DNA from: Azolla caroliniana
Taxonomy: Eukaryota; Plantae; Polypodiophyta
Direction: 5' to 3'
Assembly: GCA_043228905.1 (NCBI GenBank)
Contig: JBHGNT010000015.1
Span: forward strand, 13,888,001 to 13,952,000
Length of the DNA: 64,000 nt
Below are positions 22,907-36,200 of this stretch, piece after piece. The notes beneath the pieces were generated by a model, which ran no database searches, had not been told where the DNA came from, and saw only the letters and a program-made list of their open reading frames with translations. The translations under genes were made by a program, and so were the position numbers. Position 1 is the stretch's first letter, and the number at the start of each line of letters is the position of its first letter.

Positions 22907-25900
22907 TGAGAACAAAAGATATATATTATGTTAAGAGAATATACAATAGGCAAATCTAGAACACAGACCTTCCCATTACGGTAGAGCAGACCATTAGCAA
23001 TGTGGAAGGATTCCTTCGAGGATGTGGTGGTGTTTGTTAAAGACTCAACTCTTGCCCAGTATTTCGCAAAATAATTGTCATAAGGATACCTTCCTTGAAG
23101 GTGATCATAAAGATCTGATGTTATTTCAGTGAAGATAAACATGTTAACTTCACGGATGGACTTAGTGCATCAACGACAATGTTCATGGAACCTTTACGAT
23201 ATCATATGGAAAAATCAAAGTCCTGGATGAGCTTAGCCCATTGTGCCTTACGACCTTTCAGGTCTTGTTGGTCACAAAAATATTTCAAGGACTCGTGGTT
23301 CGTAGTTACCACAAAACGATTTCCATAAAGATAATAACGCCATGTTTGAGCGCATGTATAGCTACAAATAATTCCTTTTCTTGAACGGTATACCAACATT
23401 GAGCAGAATCAAGTTTCTTACTCCCGAATGCTATTGGTTTACCATCTTGATATAAGACAACACCTATAGCATAATCGCTTGCATCGGTTTCAACTTCAAA
23501 AGGTTTTGAAGGATCAGGTAAAAGAAGCGAAGGAGCCTTGCACACCAGGTACTCGAGTTCCTTAAGGACGAGGTCTAGTGTAGCATTCCACACAATAGGT
23601 TTTGTAGACTTACGCGTTTGACCTTTTAGAAGATCAGTAAATGGCGTCCTCAACTAAGAGTAATTACGAAGGGATTTCCGCAAAAACCCGACAAAACCAA
23701 GGAATGATCGAACTTCTCGAATATTCCGAAGAGTGGGCCAAAGTTTGATTGTCTCGATGTGAGAAGGATCAATTTCAACTCCTCGTTCGGTTATGAGACG
23801 TCCAAGATAAGTTTGATTTTTTGAAGAACTCGCATTTTGAGATCTTCACGTAGAATTGCTTGTAGCGCAATGTTTGCAAAACGTTCTTCTAATGTACGAC
23901 TATAAACTAAAATATCATCCAAGAAAATAACGACAAATTTTCCAAGTTGTTCTCGGAAAATGTCATTCATTTCTTGTTGAAATGTGGCCAGAGCATTGGT
24001 CAACCTAAAAGGCATAACCAAAAACTCATAATGGCCATAGCGCGTACGAAATGCCATTTTAGGAACATTGTCCTCACTTATACGAATTTGATGGTAGCCC
24101 GTACGGAGATCAAGTTTCGTAAAATACCGAGCTCCTTGGAGACGGTCAATTAGATCGTTAGCTCGGGGCAATGGATATGAATTCTTGATTGTCATTTTAT
24201 TTAGGCGTTGGTAATTAATACACATACGCCATGTGCCCTCTTTCATTTTTACCAAGAGAACAGGTGCACCCCATGGAGATTTACTATAATGTATATAACC
24301 CATTCATAAATAGTCCTTGAGTTGCTTAGATACCTCATCCTCTTCGGATTGACTTAAGTGATAAGGAGGTATACTTATTGGTGCAACGCTAGGTACAATA
24401 TCTATACGATGGTCTATATTACGTTTAGGAGGTAACCCATGTGGTAGTTCACTTGGAAAAACATCATGAAAATCATTTAAGATTTTATCGAGTTGTTGTT
24501 CAAAATATGTCAATTGACCCGAGACGTTATCAATATTATAAACGTGAATGTTCGGATCAAGTACACAATAAAATAAAGAAGAACAAGACAACTCATATAT
24601 TGATGGAGAGGAAACAATCGAAAGGGATTGTTTATTTACACATTGAATAAAATGAGTACAATCCTTTAGTACAAAGGAAATGGAATGACGAACCCAATCA
24701 ATAGACAAAGAAGAGTTTTTATTATAAAACCAAGGATAACCCAGTATTACATAAGTGGTACAAAGATTCATTACATGGAAGTCTACTTCCTCTACATAAG
24801 TATCAATAGAAATTCCTAATGAATGAATCGATGTATTGTACTCTTCCATCAGCCAAGTGCACCCTATAGGTGTGATCACTTATGGTGGGTTGGATTCCCT
24901 ATATTTGAACCGAATGATCATTCACAAAATTGTGTGAGCTTCCCGAATCAAATAAAAATTGTACAGGAGATCCATTGACATACCTGTTTGCATGTAGGAA
25001 ATCATTGGGTCCCAATACATAGTGAAGGAAAGAACATTGACAATTACTTAAATAATGTGTTTAGACCTCAAGGACATTAATAATCTGACCTTTATGGTCT
25101 GCAACTTTTGCTTTGTTGTTGTGCTCTTTCCGTTGGAGCTTTCGACATTGTTCTTTTGTATGACCCTTCTTTTTGCAGAATACGCAAAAAGGATGTTGTC
25201 GCTTACAATTGCGATCCATGAATTTGTTGGGTGTCTTGTGTTTTCCAATGAATTGTGACTGCTTAGTCCCGGGCGCTTCGTTGGGTTTGTTATGGTCATT
25301 CTTCGAAGTGCATTGATAGCGAAGAACTATTTCAACGGCCTCTTCGAAGGATTTTGGATCCTTATCGTGCACTATCCAGTGATAGTCCGAATTGGGGACG
25401 CCATTGACAAAACAAGTTATTAACCAATTGTCCCCTTCTAGACCCGAGTTTTGGATTTGGGTTCTAGCATGGTGGACATCGTCATCTAGTGAGGAAAACT
25501 TCTTGCTAGAGAGATTCATTAAAGCTTGTGTTGCCTGGGTTCCAGAGGGAGGTTGCAGAAATTGGCCCTTAAAAACTGTGACAAAATCTGTCCAGGTATC
25601 GGGCAATTTCCCCAAAGTTCGGAGCCCACGCCATCAGGCGGCAACCTTACCCCCTAGTTCTCAGCCGACATATGCAATTTTCGTACTATCTGGCGTGGGA
25701 TACAACTCAAAATGAGACTCCCATTAGCCCAACTACGTGCAGATTGCTTCTTCGGTTCTTTCCTTTTTTTCTCCCGTAAATGGCTTTACGACAAATGATG
25801 GTTCACGTCACCTTGTAAACTAATGACACGTGCCTCGAGAGCACTTTGAGATTGCCGAAGTTCGGACATCTGATGAGCGGTTGAACTAACGAAATTTTGT

Positions 25901-28069
25901 ATTTGTAAGAAATACGACTTAAGTTAATGGAGATTGCTCCAGGAGGATTTCCTTGAGTTCCTTCCGCTTGAGCGGATGACATCGGGCCGTTATTCTGAGC
26001 CATTGAATGATTATTTTTGGCAAAGACATAAGATAAGGTCAAACAAATAGTTGTAACATCAAGTCGTGATTTAAACATATCATGGGCCAACATTAATCGA
26101 TATCATGATCTCACGTCAATACCCCTCTAGACGTATGAGATGAGGTTCAAGATTAGGTTACTATGGTAACACAAAGGTGTTTTAAAAACCATGGGGGTCA
26201 CAAATGAATGTCTTTCCTTGATCTCTATATCAAATTTTTCATGGCGGCTCCCCAAGGCTCAACCATGTATGTTCGCGTCATGAATAGTTTATACATGAAA
26301 GAAAAGTTAACAATAAACTATGTTTTTGTGCCCACGTATGTGGTTTTGGCTCTTTAAGTCTTATTACGAGGACCCCGAAGTGACTTAGACCTAAATTTTA
26401 AACATGTATTATAGTCATATGTATCAATAATGTTGTATGGTCTTGGTCATATTTGAACTCAAGACCTTGAGAACAAATGCATTAAACACTTGAGCTAACC
26501 AAATAGATTGCTCGTGTTAAATGTTTTATGCATATAAGAGATATGTGAGGCATTTGCTCATATATGTTTTTTTAAAAGAAGCATATATGTCAAGAGTCCT
26601 TATTTCCCCCTCATTTAGCACAAATTATGTTGGTACGTTACCTAACGTCAGCTCTCATAATTATGATGGCATACGCCAAAGTGCAACCTAATGGTCAAGC
26701 CAAATGAGCCCTCTTTTGATAGTAGGCCCACATGGCCCATCACATGGTTACGTCATTACGAATGCCTTTCATAAGAATGATCTCATGGTGGCATCGTATC
26801 CATGTAATGAGGGTGAGATGTTGGATATGTGTGTCCTAGGGGCGATCTCACATGACGTGGGTCAAGCCCTATGTTCTCACCATCATTGTGGCTATGATCG
26901 TTTTGTTACGTAACGAAATCGAAGTGACCAACAGGGATGTCAACAAAAAAGATTGTTGAAAAAAGGATGATGAATACGCCATTCTCACAAAAATGTGAGG
27001 ACGGACACCAAGATCATTTCCCCGAAAAGGACAACATTCGATATAGAAATTACGTTATAACTAACATACACATATGTATATATATCACACATATACGATC
27101 AAATATGTATACATGTGACCACATATGCGTATATTAAGAAAAATCGCAACATTAAATAGCCAACATATGATGAAATCGAGACACGTAATCGAGACGTATA
27201 GCCTCTACGCACACGAAACATCCAATAATAAGGGTTAATCGTAATACGCAATTGAGGTATTGTCCTCTTACGCATACAACACCAAACACATATCATTTAC
27301 AAAAAATCGAGGTATTGACCTCATACGCATACGTAAGATATATATGTGAACGTAATACGCAATTGAGGTATTAACCTCGTACGAATACAACACTAATCAC
27401 ATATTAAATATATGTCAAATGAGGTATTGACCTCATACACATATGTAAACGTTTTATACAACCAATTAATTACCACTACAACATCATTGAATCAATGAAA
27501 AATAAAAATTCATATTGACCATATACATGATTAGATGGGAGAAGAAAAAATACAACGAAAAACAAGAAAGAGTTACCAAAGCTCCTTTGTTGATTGCTAT
27601 TTGGATCAAGGTTGACTGCACGTCGATCGATCACCATCCATCAAGAACACAAAAACAAACAAAGGAAACATTAGAAACATAAGTTATGATCTAAAGTAAG
27701 CATATGATATGGATAAAAGATAGATATATAGAAAGGAGAGAGAGAAACAAGGGTGCCGATCCACCCGACCACCCCCGAGTGAAGGGATCAAGACGGACTC
27801 AAGCCTCGATCGGCGTCCCATACCACCGTCGTGGCATCGAATCATACCTGGTGTTGGCGTGCTCGCTACAAGAGTTGACCCACCACGAAACAAAGTCTCA
27901 ACGTAGTCAAGATATGATGAAATGTGGGTAGCTAGGCTTCATATTTATAGCGATACCCAAGACCCCCAAGCAAGTTCAGACTTGGCCTAATGGGTTGTCT
28001 CAATCCCGAGGATTAAAAGTAATCCTCCCCTTCTTTACACTCTCATTTAACCCTCACACTTATCCACGT
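16208..28069 (-). mobile_element. Degenerate Ty3/gypsy chromovirus with two partial LTR copies (about 27682-28069 and 16208-16659), interrupted by a nested element
   Basis: gag with CCHC CVFCKKKGHTKEQC (25061-25615); protease; [21 protein letters not shown] (23791-24303); RNase H ETDASDYAIG; integrase HPQSDGQT and GPF..HPVFHVS; chromodomain relic near 16700-16830; PPT aaagagggagagta before TGTTACGGG at 16659. Confidence 0.88.
17488..22949 (-). mobile_element. Ty3/gypsy chromovirus (Tcn1/Tf1-like), copy 2: near-complete but mutated; 3' LTR 17488-17914, 5' LTR remnant 22729-22949
   Basis: gag (KFDGTRPQFRGFLNQV; CLYCSGPWH), protease ILDSEANSCF, RT, RNase H (19149-20108), integrase plus chromodomain (17908-19098); both LTRs share the terminus ..CTCCTGACA. 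Confidence 0.93.
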
Positions 28070-28359
28070 TGTCGTAGTGTATTTTGTGCACTATGTGAAA
28101 AACATATATAGTATTCGATTCAATAAATATGAAGAAATAGAAGAAAATGTTAAAATAGGTGATACATGCATAGGGCAAGATTTGAACCTTGTACCTCCAT
28201 GTTAACAATTTTAAGATTTACCATTGTACTAGCATATTATGAGTTTTAAAGTTATACTAAACTTTATCCCATGTAAATATTCTAGATAAGCATGATAGAA
28301 AAAGTTATTCATGCATACACACTCGAGTTAAAAGAAAAGATGTGATAGAAAGCTAATCA

Positions 28360-28676
28360 TGCACATTTAGTGTGCATGAAAGCTACATGACTGGCCATTT
28401 CGGAATTCATAAGACATTGGAATTGGTATCTCGTTCCTTTTGGTGGCCACAACTTCATGATTTTGTGCGAGATTATGCTCACACATGCGACACTTGTTGT
28501 CATACCAAGATTCCACGACATAGACCCTATTGTTTATTGCAACCCCTATTGATTCCAAAAAGACCATGGCAATCTATTTCATTAGATTTTATCATAGATT
28601 TGCCATGTTCTAAAGGTTTTGATGTTATCTTAATTGCAGTTGATAGATTTACAAAGATGGCACATTTTTTGGCATT
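28360..28676 (+). mobile_element. Isolated chromovirus integrase fragment (HHCC zinc finger and core start)
   Basis: H..GHFGIHKTLELVSRSFWWP..CDTC..PWQSISLDFI..VDRFTKMAHF. Confidence 0.85.
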
Positions 28677-28802
28677 GTCGTAATGTTTGTGGTCATGTGT
28701 CGCAAACATTGGGATTCTGTGAGTCTGTGAGATATTGTCGGTTGCCTGGACTTTACACGTCCTCGTCGTCTCCTCTTTGCTTCTAGAATTTACATATAAT
28801 AA

Positions 28803-28851
28803 TGTAAAAACGAAGGTGCGGAAGCGTTAGACAACCGGCTTAGCCGGATAG

Positions 28852-28897
<46 letters not shown>

Positions 28898-30218
28898 GCA
28901 CACAGAAGGTACGCAGGAGAGACATAGAAAGAGCAGAACAACTTTGTAAAATTCTCTATATATACAATGTGCTCAACAAGCACTATTTATACAAGTCCTA
29001 AGAGGACTGACAGAAGTACAATGTACTTCAATGCTCACATGAGCGTGTGACACTAACTACGAGACATTAACTACCTAGTAGTTTAGGCTGCTACTAGGCA
29101 CCCGATTACTGCTTGATCCAGCTAACCGGCTCCCCAGCTCACCGGCTCACCGATCCGGCTTAGGCTTATTCAGTCGATCTGGATCCGGTTGAGCTTGCCG
29201 CTCAACACTGCCCCTCAAGCTCAACTTGAGGTCGGATTGTAGTGTCAATCTCCATGGCAGCCGGTCCTTCCACCCGGCTCCTTCTAGTGTCACTCCGCCT
29301 CACTCGGGCTCCTCGTTCGGTTCGGTCCCGTTTGCCGCGACCCTTTTGATTTTGTGCACCCCGACCTCCTCGGTTGGCTTGTCTGCTCAACATGCCCAAT
29401 TCAGCTCCCTCGCTACTGTAACTTCGGCACTTGTCGATTCGCCGATTCCTTCGTGTTGGCGTCAACTTTCGCTGCCTTCTCGTCCTCTTGGCCTTGAATT
29501 GATCCGGTTCTTCCAAATCCGTCTGTTGAACCAAATCGACTGTCTCCGATTTGTTCTAGCTCTTGTCCGAATCCATCGCTCCCGATTCATCTTCCGGTTC
29601 CAGGCCCTTCTTCCGGGTCTTGGCCTCCTTCCGGTCTGCTATGTCCTTCTTGACTCTACCGCCGTTGCCGTTTGTTCCGACTTGTTCGGATGTGTCAACT
29701 TCCTTTGTCGACTCGACTCCTTTCTTCTTCTTGTCTCTCCCTTTGTCGGTTCTTCCCTCACCGGCGCAATCGGCAATTTCTTTTCCTTTGCCCGTTCTAG
29801 TGTCTTTGCCCGTTCTCCCCCTCAAGTGTGGCACGTCGAGATGCCGAACACGAAGCATTTCGGTGAAGTGCTACAACTTGTCCGATCCGAGCGGTTTGGT
29901 GAAGATGTCGGGAACTTGCCGATCTGTATCAACATACCGAAGTTCGAATTCACCGCTCAGAACACGCTCACGCACGAAGTGGTAGTGCACTTCTATGTGC
30001 TTTGTGTGAGCATGGAATAAGGGGTTCTTGGCGAGCTACATGCTGCTTATGTTGTCGCAGTAGATCAGGATCAGCGTCTGCACCTCGATCCACAGGTCTT
30101 GCAGTAGTCGCCGAAGCCAAATGGCTTCATAGGTGGCAACGGTAGCGCCCCAGTATTCAGCCTCAGTGCTTGGAAGGGCCACTGTTGACTGCTTTTTGCT
30201 GCTCCACACAACAACCGT
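28803..30218 (-). mobile_element. 3' end of a Ty1/copia element (RNase H, long charged tail, PPT, 3' LTR about 28803-29207), related to the 1-1449 element
   Basis: Minus strand: VWSSKKQSTVAL.STEAEY..IYCDN..HTKHIEVHYHFVRE..DIFTKPL; PPT gttgagcttgaggggcag then TGTTGAG. The distal LTR end is uncertain. Confidence 0.85.
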
Positions 30219-33200
30219 TGTCGTCGAGAAAACCGTCCCCAGGAGGAATCAGTGAATAGTGTGCGTGAATCAGCCCTTACACGCGGGCACATGTTTTGAT
30301 GTATCGTACATAGTTAGGTACAGGTTGACGAGGTGAATATCCTAGGTAGCGCGTATGCATTAGGTAGGGAATCGAGGAGTATCTCTATCAAAAGGGGCTG
30401 AGAACAGACTGTAACGTCTCTCTTTTTGGGCTATAAAAGGAGAGGAAAGGGGACTGACTAAGGGGTTATCAAGGACAAACTATTGTCAAATTGGAATTGA
30501 GCTCTTCTCCTTTGTCTTTCATCATTCTCTGCAGGTTTTGGGAGGCTTTCTCTGCTTTGTGGAAAGCCCGAGTGCTTCCGGTAGAGGTTCCATCCCGCAT
30601 TGTTGTGTGCATTGTGTGAGATGGCGTCAGCGCGTTGACACTTACCGGCCAACCGGGTGTAATCTTGATCATATATATATATATATATATGCCTTATTCA
30701 TTGTTCGATCTTGATTGTGAGTTCCCTGTGTACTTGTGTGCGCGACTCGGCTATGGTTTCGGGGTGCTCCTCCCTCTGTTCGGTTATTCCCCGGTTTAGG
30801 GCCCTTGCGGTCCCGCCTTGGCCCCCCTGCGTGTGCAAAATAACACGACATAATTTGGTGAACCCGATGTGAAACAAGGCAGTAGAGGAATAGAGATGAG
30901 GGGATCAGAGCTCGCCGAAGCCATGGCGGTAGTAGCCGATCGGATAGTAAGTGCTCGTGAGGGCACGGGTGCCCTCGATAGGGCCATTGAAGCAATAGTC
31001 AACACAATAGGCCGGTTCAATGGGAAGGACGCCATGAGTTATTTGGTGGCCTAACGAACCGAAATGGTGATGAGGGAAATCTCGGAGGAAAGGCGTCTGG
31101 CTGGGTTCCCTTGGGTGGCGACACCGGGCATCCACGTGCTAGATGTCGGACCTGGGGAGAATTCGAAGCGCGGCTCCTCGAACAGTACGGGCTTGATGAT
31201 GCGCTTTGGTTATCAAAGCGGGACTTCATGGATTGGGTGAACACCCCCGGAAAGGGGAGGAATGCGTCCGTGCTCCTCCGGGAGTTTGAGGAACGCTTTG
31301 CACGTCTTTCGGCACTAGACAAGACCGTACTGGACATGAGTTGTGTCCTTTTATTCGTCAAAGCTGTGGATGTGTGGGATCGGGAGCAAGTGGGTCTCTT
31401 GTTGGAGATGGACGATGGTCTGACGGCCGACTGGGGTGTGGTAAAAAGGGTCTGCGGCCGTTTCGACAAACGGCGTGAGTGGGTCGACAAGGGCTTGTCG
31501 GGGGCAGGAGCGGTTGCGGCAAGAAAGCTCGAGGGACCCCCACCGATGCGAAGGGAGGAAACCTGAGATTGGCTTCAAACAAGCTCAACGTCGACCAACG
31601 TGGTCAAGGGCCCGTCTGGGGGGGAGGCTCTGGAAGAGTTGACGTAGATGGTACGAGACCTCCAGATTGCACAAGCAAGGAGGGACGACGGCGAGCAGCC
31701 TTGCGACGGAAGGCCTCCGGGTGGGCATCAGTGCTTGTGGTGCGATGCGGTCGGTCACGTCCGAAAGGACTGCGTGGAATTTGTAGAAGCGTTAAGGGCC
31801 AACGTGGTGTATGTTGGGATTACGGTCCCTTCGGATGGGATGGTCGGATGTTGGAGATGAATGCCGACGAGGCCGGTTTCGGTTTCGGAACCGGATGATG
31901 AAGACCCCGGCTTCGGAGCCGGATGACGAATGTACCCGAAGAGAGATCCGGATGCGGGGACATATCCGTGAATATGTTTGCTAAGGGCCCTTGAGGCTAT
32001 AGTTGTAAATAGCCCTAAAGTCATATGTGTATAAATATGACTTAGGGCAAACAGTTTTATGTTGCTTCTTATTTTTTCTGTTTTTCCACTCAAGAGGAGT
32101 GAAGAGAGAGCAGCCGTGAGAGAGAGATAGAGCGTGAGAGAGGAAGAGGTCGACGCCTCTGTGTATTTCCGCCGCCTGTGGCGAGGACAGCGAGCTCAAG
32201 GTCGTCGCCTTGCAGCTCGCCATTGTATACTTCTCTGTGCATAGTTTTGGTTCGGAGTCTTGTACTCCCGTGGTTTTTCCCGTACAGGGTTTTCCACGAT
32301 AAATCGTGTGTCCACTCTATTTTTCGCATTTCCCATTTTTCTGCAACAACGATTCGTGTGTTTCCTTGGTTGTGGCCGAGAGGTGAAGTTCGGAAAGTTT
32401 CGATTATTTCCATCAATTTGGTATCAGAGCGAGTTGCTGCAGAAAATGGAAGGCGGCGGCAGCGGGCAGCCGGGGATGATGGTGCTGAATGCGCAGAATT
32501 ACGCCGACTGGAAGATCAAGATGGAGGATCTTCTGATTGTTCGGGACCTGTACAAACCGATTGACAGGTCGGAAATACCGAAGGGGGTACTTGAGTCGGA
32601 ATGGAGGCTTCTGAACCGGAAAGCCGTTGCAACCATTCGGCAATACGTAGACGTGAGCGTTCTACAACATGTGGCGAACGACACCAACGCATATGAGATG
32701 TGGCGGAAGCTGTCGGGCCTCTATGAGAGGAAGAATGCGTTGAACCGGACCTCCCTGATGAGGAAGATAGTGAACCTCAAGTACCGGGACGGCGAGAGTA
32801 TGGTGGAACACGTAAGCACGTTCATGGGATTCGTGAACCAGCTTGCGGCGATCAAGTTCCCGCTGGAGGATGCAATGCAAGCCATCATTTTGATGTGTAC
32901 ATTGCCGGAAAGCTGGGAAAACTTGGTGGTGACTCTCAGCACCTCCTGCACCGAAGATAACTTGTCCCTACAAACGGTAAAGACAAGTATTTTGAACGAA
33001 GAAGCGCGTCGGAGAGATAAAGAACCGGCCTCCGATCCGAAGATGTTGCTTACCGAATCGGAACGGGGAAGACAATGGAACCGGAGTCCGCAAAGACGGG
33101 AGAAGTCAGGGACCCGGTCGCAGTCAAGAGGAAGACCCACATGCTTCCACTGTGGGAAGCCGGGGCACTTCCGGAAGAATTGTCGGCATTACCGAAAGGA

Positions 33201-36200
33201 CAACGGAGCCGACGACACCGATTCGAAGAAGTCACCGGAGAGAAACGGTGCATACCGGGGAGCCACGGACCGGAGAGGTCCGGATCGGCGAGGGCAGGAC
33301 CGAAAAGGAACGACGGCACTCGCGGCAAGTGAAGAGGAGATCATGCTCATCACCGAAGAAGGTGAACTAAACATTGCCGGCGATGAGACGACCTGGGTGG
33401 TCGATTCCGGAGCGTCGTTCCACCTGACCCCGGGAAGAAGATACTTCTCATCCTACACAGCCGGTGAGCATGGCTGTGTTCGGATGGGAAATGAAGGTAC
33501 GTGCCGGATTGCCGGCATAGGAGACGTGTGGTTGACAACCCCGACCGGATGCAAAATGCTGCTGAAGGATGTCCGACACGTTCCGGAGGTTCGATTGAAC
33601 CTGATTTCGGCCGGGAGGCTAGACGATGAAGGCTACACAGGTAGCATCTGGAACGGCGTAATGAAGTTCAGCAAGGGGAGCCTGATAGTGGCTCGGGCCC
33701 GGAAAGTCAACACACTGTACCTTATGAATGCCTGGTTGTGTCCGGAAGAGTTGAACGTGGCAGCCGACACTGCCGGTGAGCTGTGGCACAAGAGACTGTG
33801 CCACATGAGTGAGAAGGGGATGAAGAGGCTTGCAGAAGACAACCTTATTCCAGTGAAGCATGTGCACCTGGAGAAGTGCACCGATTGCCTGGCCGGTAAG
33901 CAGAACCGAACCTCCTTCCACTCAAGGCCACCGACGAGATGTAGCGCACCATTGGAGTTGGTGCACACTGATGTGTGTCAGGTAGAAACGAAGTCACATG
34001 GCGGAGCCCAGTACTTCGTAACATTCATTGATGATCACAGCCGGAAGCTGTGGACGGCACCGTTGAAGACAAAGGACCAAGTGTTGTGCGTCTTCAAAGA
34101 ACTCCACGCGAGAGTGGAAAGGGAATCCGGCAAGAAGCTGAAAGCGATACGAGCGGATAACGGAGGGGAATACCGGGGGCAGTTCGCGGAGTACTGTCGC
34201 TCGAAGGGAATCCGGCTCGAGTTTACTGTGCCGAAGACGCCGGAACTGAACGGGCTGGCCGAGAGGATGAACCGGACCATAATGGAGAGGGTCCGGAGTA
34301 TGTTGGCGCATGCAGAATTACCCAAGGGGTTTTGGGCTGAGGCGATGTCGACGGCGACATACGTGATAAACAGATCACCCTTAGTACCTTTGGACGGAGA
34401 CACGCCGCAGAGAGTGTGGACCGGTAGGGAAGTATCCTACCGGCATCTGAAGGTGTTCGGGTGTCTCGCATATGTGCATGTGGCTAAGGACCGGAGAGGA
34501 AAGCTAGATCCAAAGACCCGGCCATGCATATTCCTCGGTTACGGCGAGGACGAGTTCGGCTACCGAGTATGGGACCCGGTCGACAAGAAGATATTCCGGA
34601 GTCGTGATATCATCTTCATGGAGGACAAGACACTCGCCGACTGGGAGTCGGAGAAGAAGATGAAGAGCTCCAAGTCGACCGGTGAGGATCAACTCCACGA
34701 GGAGCAGTCCCGACCGGCAAGGGACCGGTTAGCACTCGAGGATCCGGCCGAAGACGGTGAAGAAACAGAACCGGCCGAAGAAGATGAAAATGATACCGGA
34801 ACCGGCCCCGATCCCGAAATGGATTCGGATGAAGAAGAATCGGAAGAACCGGTTACCGAAAAGAGAGAAGGGCCCCCCGGAGATTTCCGGAACCAGAGCA
34901 CGTGCTGCTAACCGACGAAGGGGAGCCGGAGAGCTTTGAAGAAGCAAAGCATGACACCTGGAGCCGCAGGTGGTTGAGTGCCATGCAGGACGAGATGGAT
35001 TCCCTGCATGAGAACCACATATATGAACTTGTGGAGTTGCCGAAAGGAAAGCGGGCACTTCGAAACAAGTGGGTGTTCAAGCTGAAACCGGGAGATGCCG
35101 GAAACCCCCCGAGATACAAAGCCAGGATCGTGGTGAAGGGGTTTCAGCAGAAGAAGGGCGTCGACTTCGACGAGATATTTGCCCCGGTAGTGAAGATGAC
35201 CTCCATCCGGACGGTGCTGAGCATAGCGGCAAGCATGGAGCTCGAGGTAGAACAGATGGACGTGAAGACGACATTCCTTCACGGCGACCTCGAAGAAGAG
35301 ATCTACATGCAGCAACCGGAAGGATTCGAGAAGAAAGGGAAGGAGCACCTAGTATGCCGGCTGAAGAAGAGCCTTTACGGACTGAAGCAGGCTCCCTGGC
35401 AATGGTACCGGAAGTTCGACTCTTTCATGACCGACGAAGGGTACCTCAAAACGTAGTCCGACCACTGCGTGTTTGTGAAGAAGTTCGAAGGAGGAGACTT
35501 TCTAATACTCCTCCTGTACGTGGACGACATGTTGATCGTCGGACGAGACCAGGTCAAGATACGGATGCTGAAGAAGGCTCTTCACCGAACCTTCTCAATG
35601 AAAGACCTGGGTCCGGCGAGGCAAATACTAGGGATGCACATCATCCGGGACCGGAAGAAGAAGCAGTTGTGGCTGTCACAGGAGAAGTACGTGACAAAGG
35701 TGCTTCACCGGTTCAACATGTCGGAAGCAAGACCGGTCGGGTCAACACTCCCGGCAAACTGCAAGCTGTCCAGCAAGCAAAGCCCCAAGACAAAGGCTGA
35801 GAAGGAGGACATGATGAAAGTACCATATGCCTCTGCCGTCGGGAGCTTGATGTACGCAATGGTGTGTACAAGACCGGACATAGGATATGCAGTCGGAGTG
35901 GTGAGCCGGTACATGAGCAATCCCGGCAAAGAGCATTGGAACGCGGCCAAGTGGATACTCCGATACCTGAAGGGCACGGCAAACGTGTGCCTCCGATTCG
36001 GCTCCGGTAAGCCCGAACTCGACGGCTTCACCGATTCGGATATGTCGGCTGATGCAGATACCAGCCGGTCCACATCAGGGTATGTGATGATGTATGCAGG
36101 GGGAGCTGTTTCATGGCAGTCGAGGCTGCAGAAGACGGTTGCGTTGTCAACCACGGAGGCGGAGTACATGGCGGTTGTTGAAGCCGGCAAGGAAATAATA

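Noticed and set aside
29226-30020. 264-aa plus-strand ORF
   Set aside because: It is the antisense shadow of the GC-rich copia RNase H and tail.
32260-32446. N-terminal extension of the 883-aa ORF and the 36953-37789 ORF as novel proteins
   Set aside because: They begin inside the LTR at a non-ATG codon; the second is a chance read-through from the 3' LTR into the host gypsy gag.
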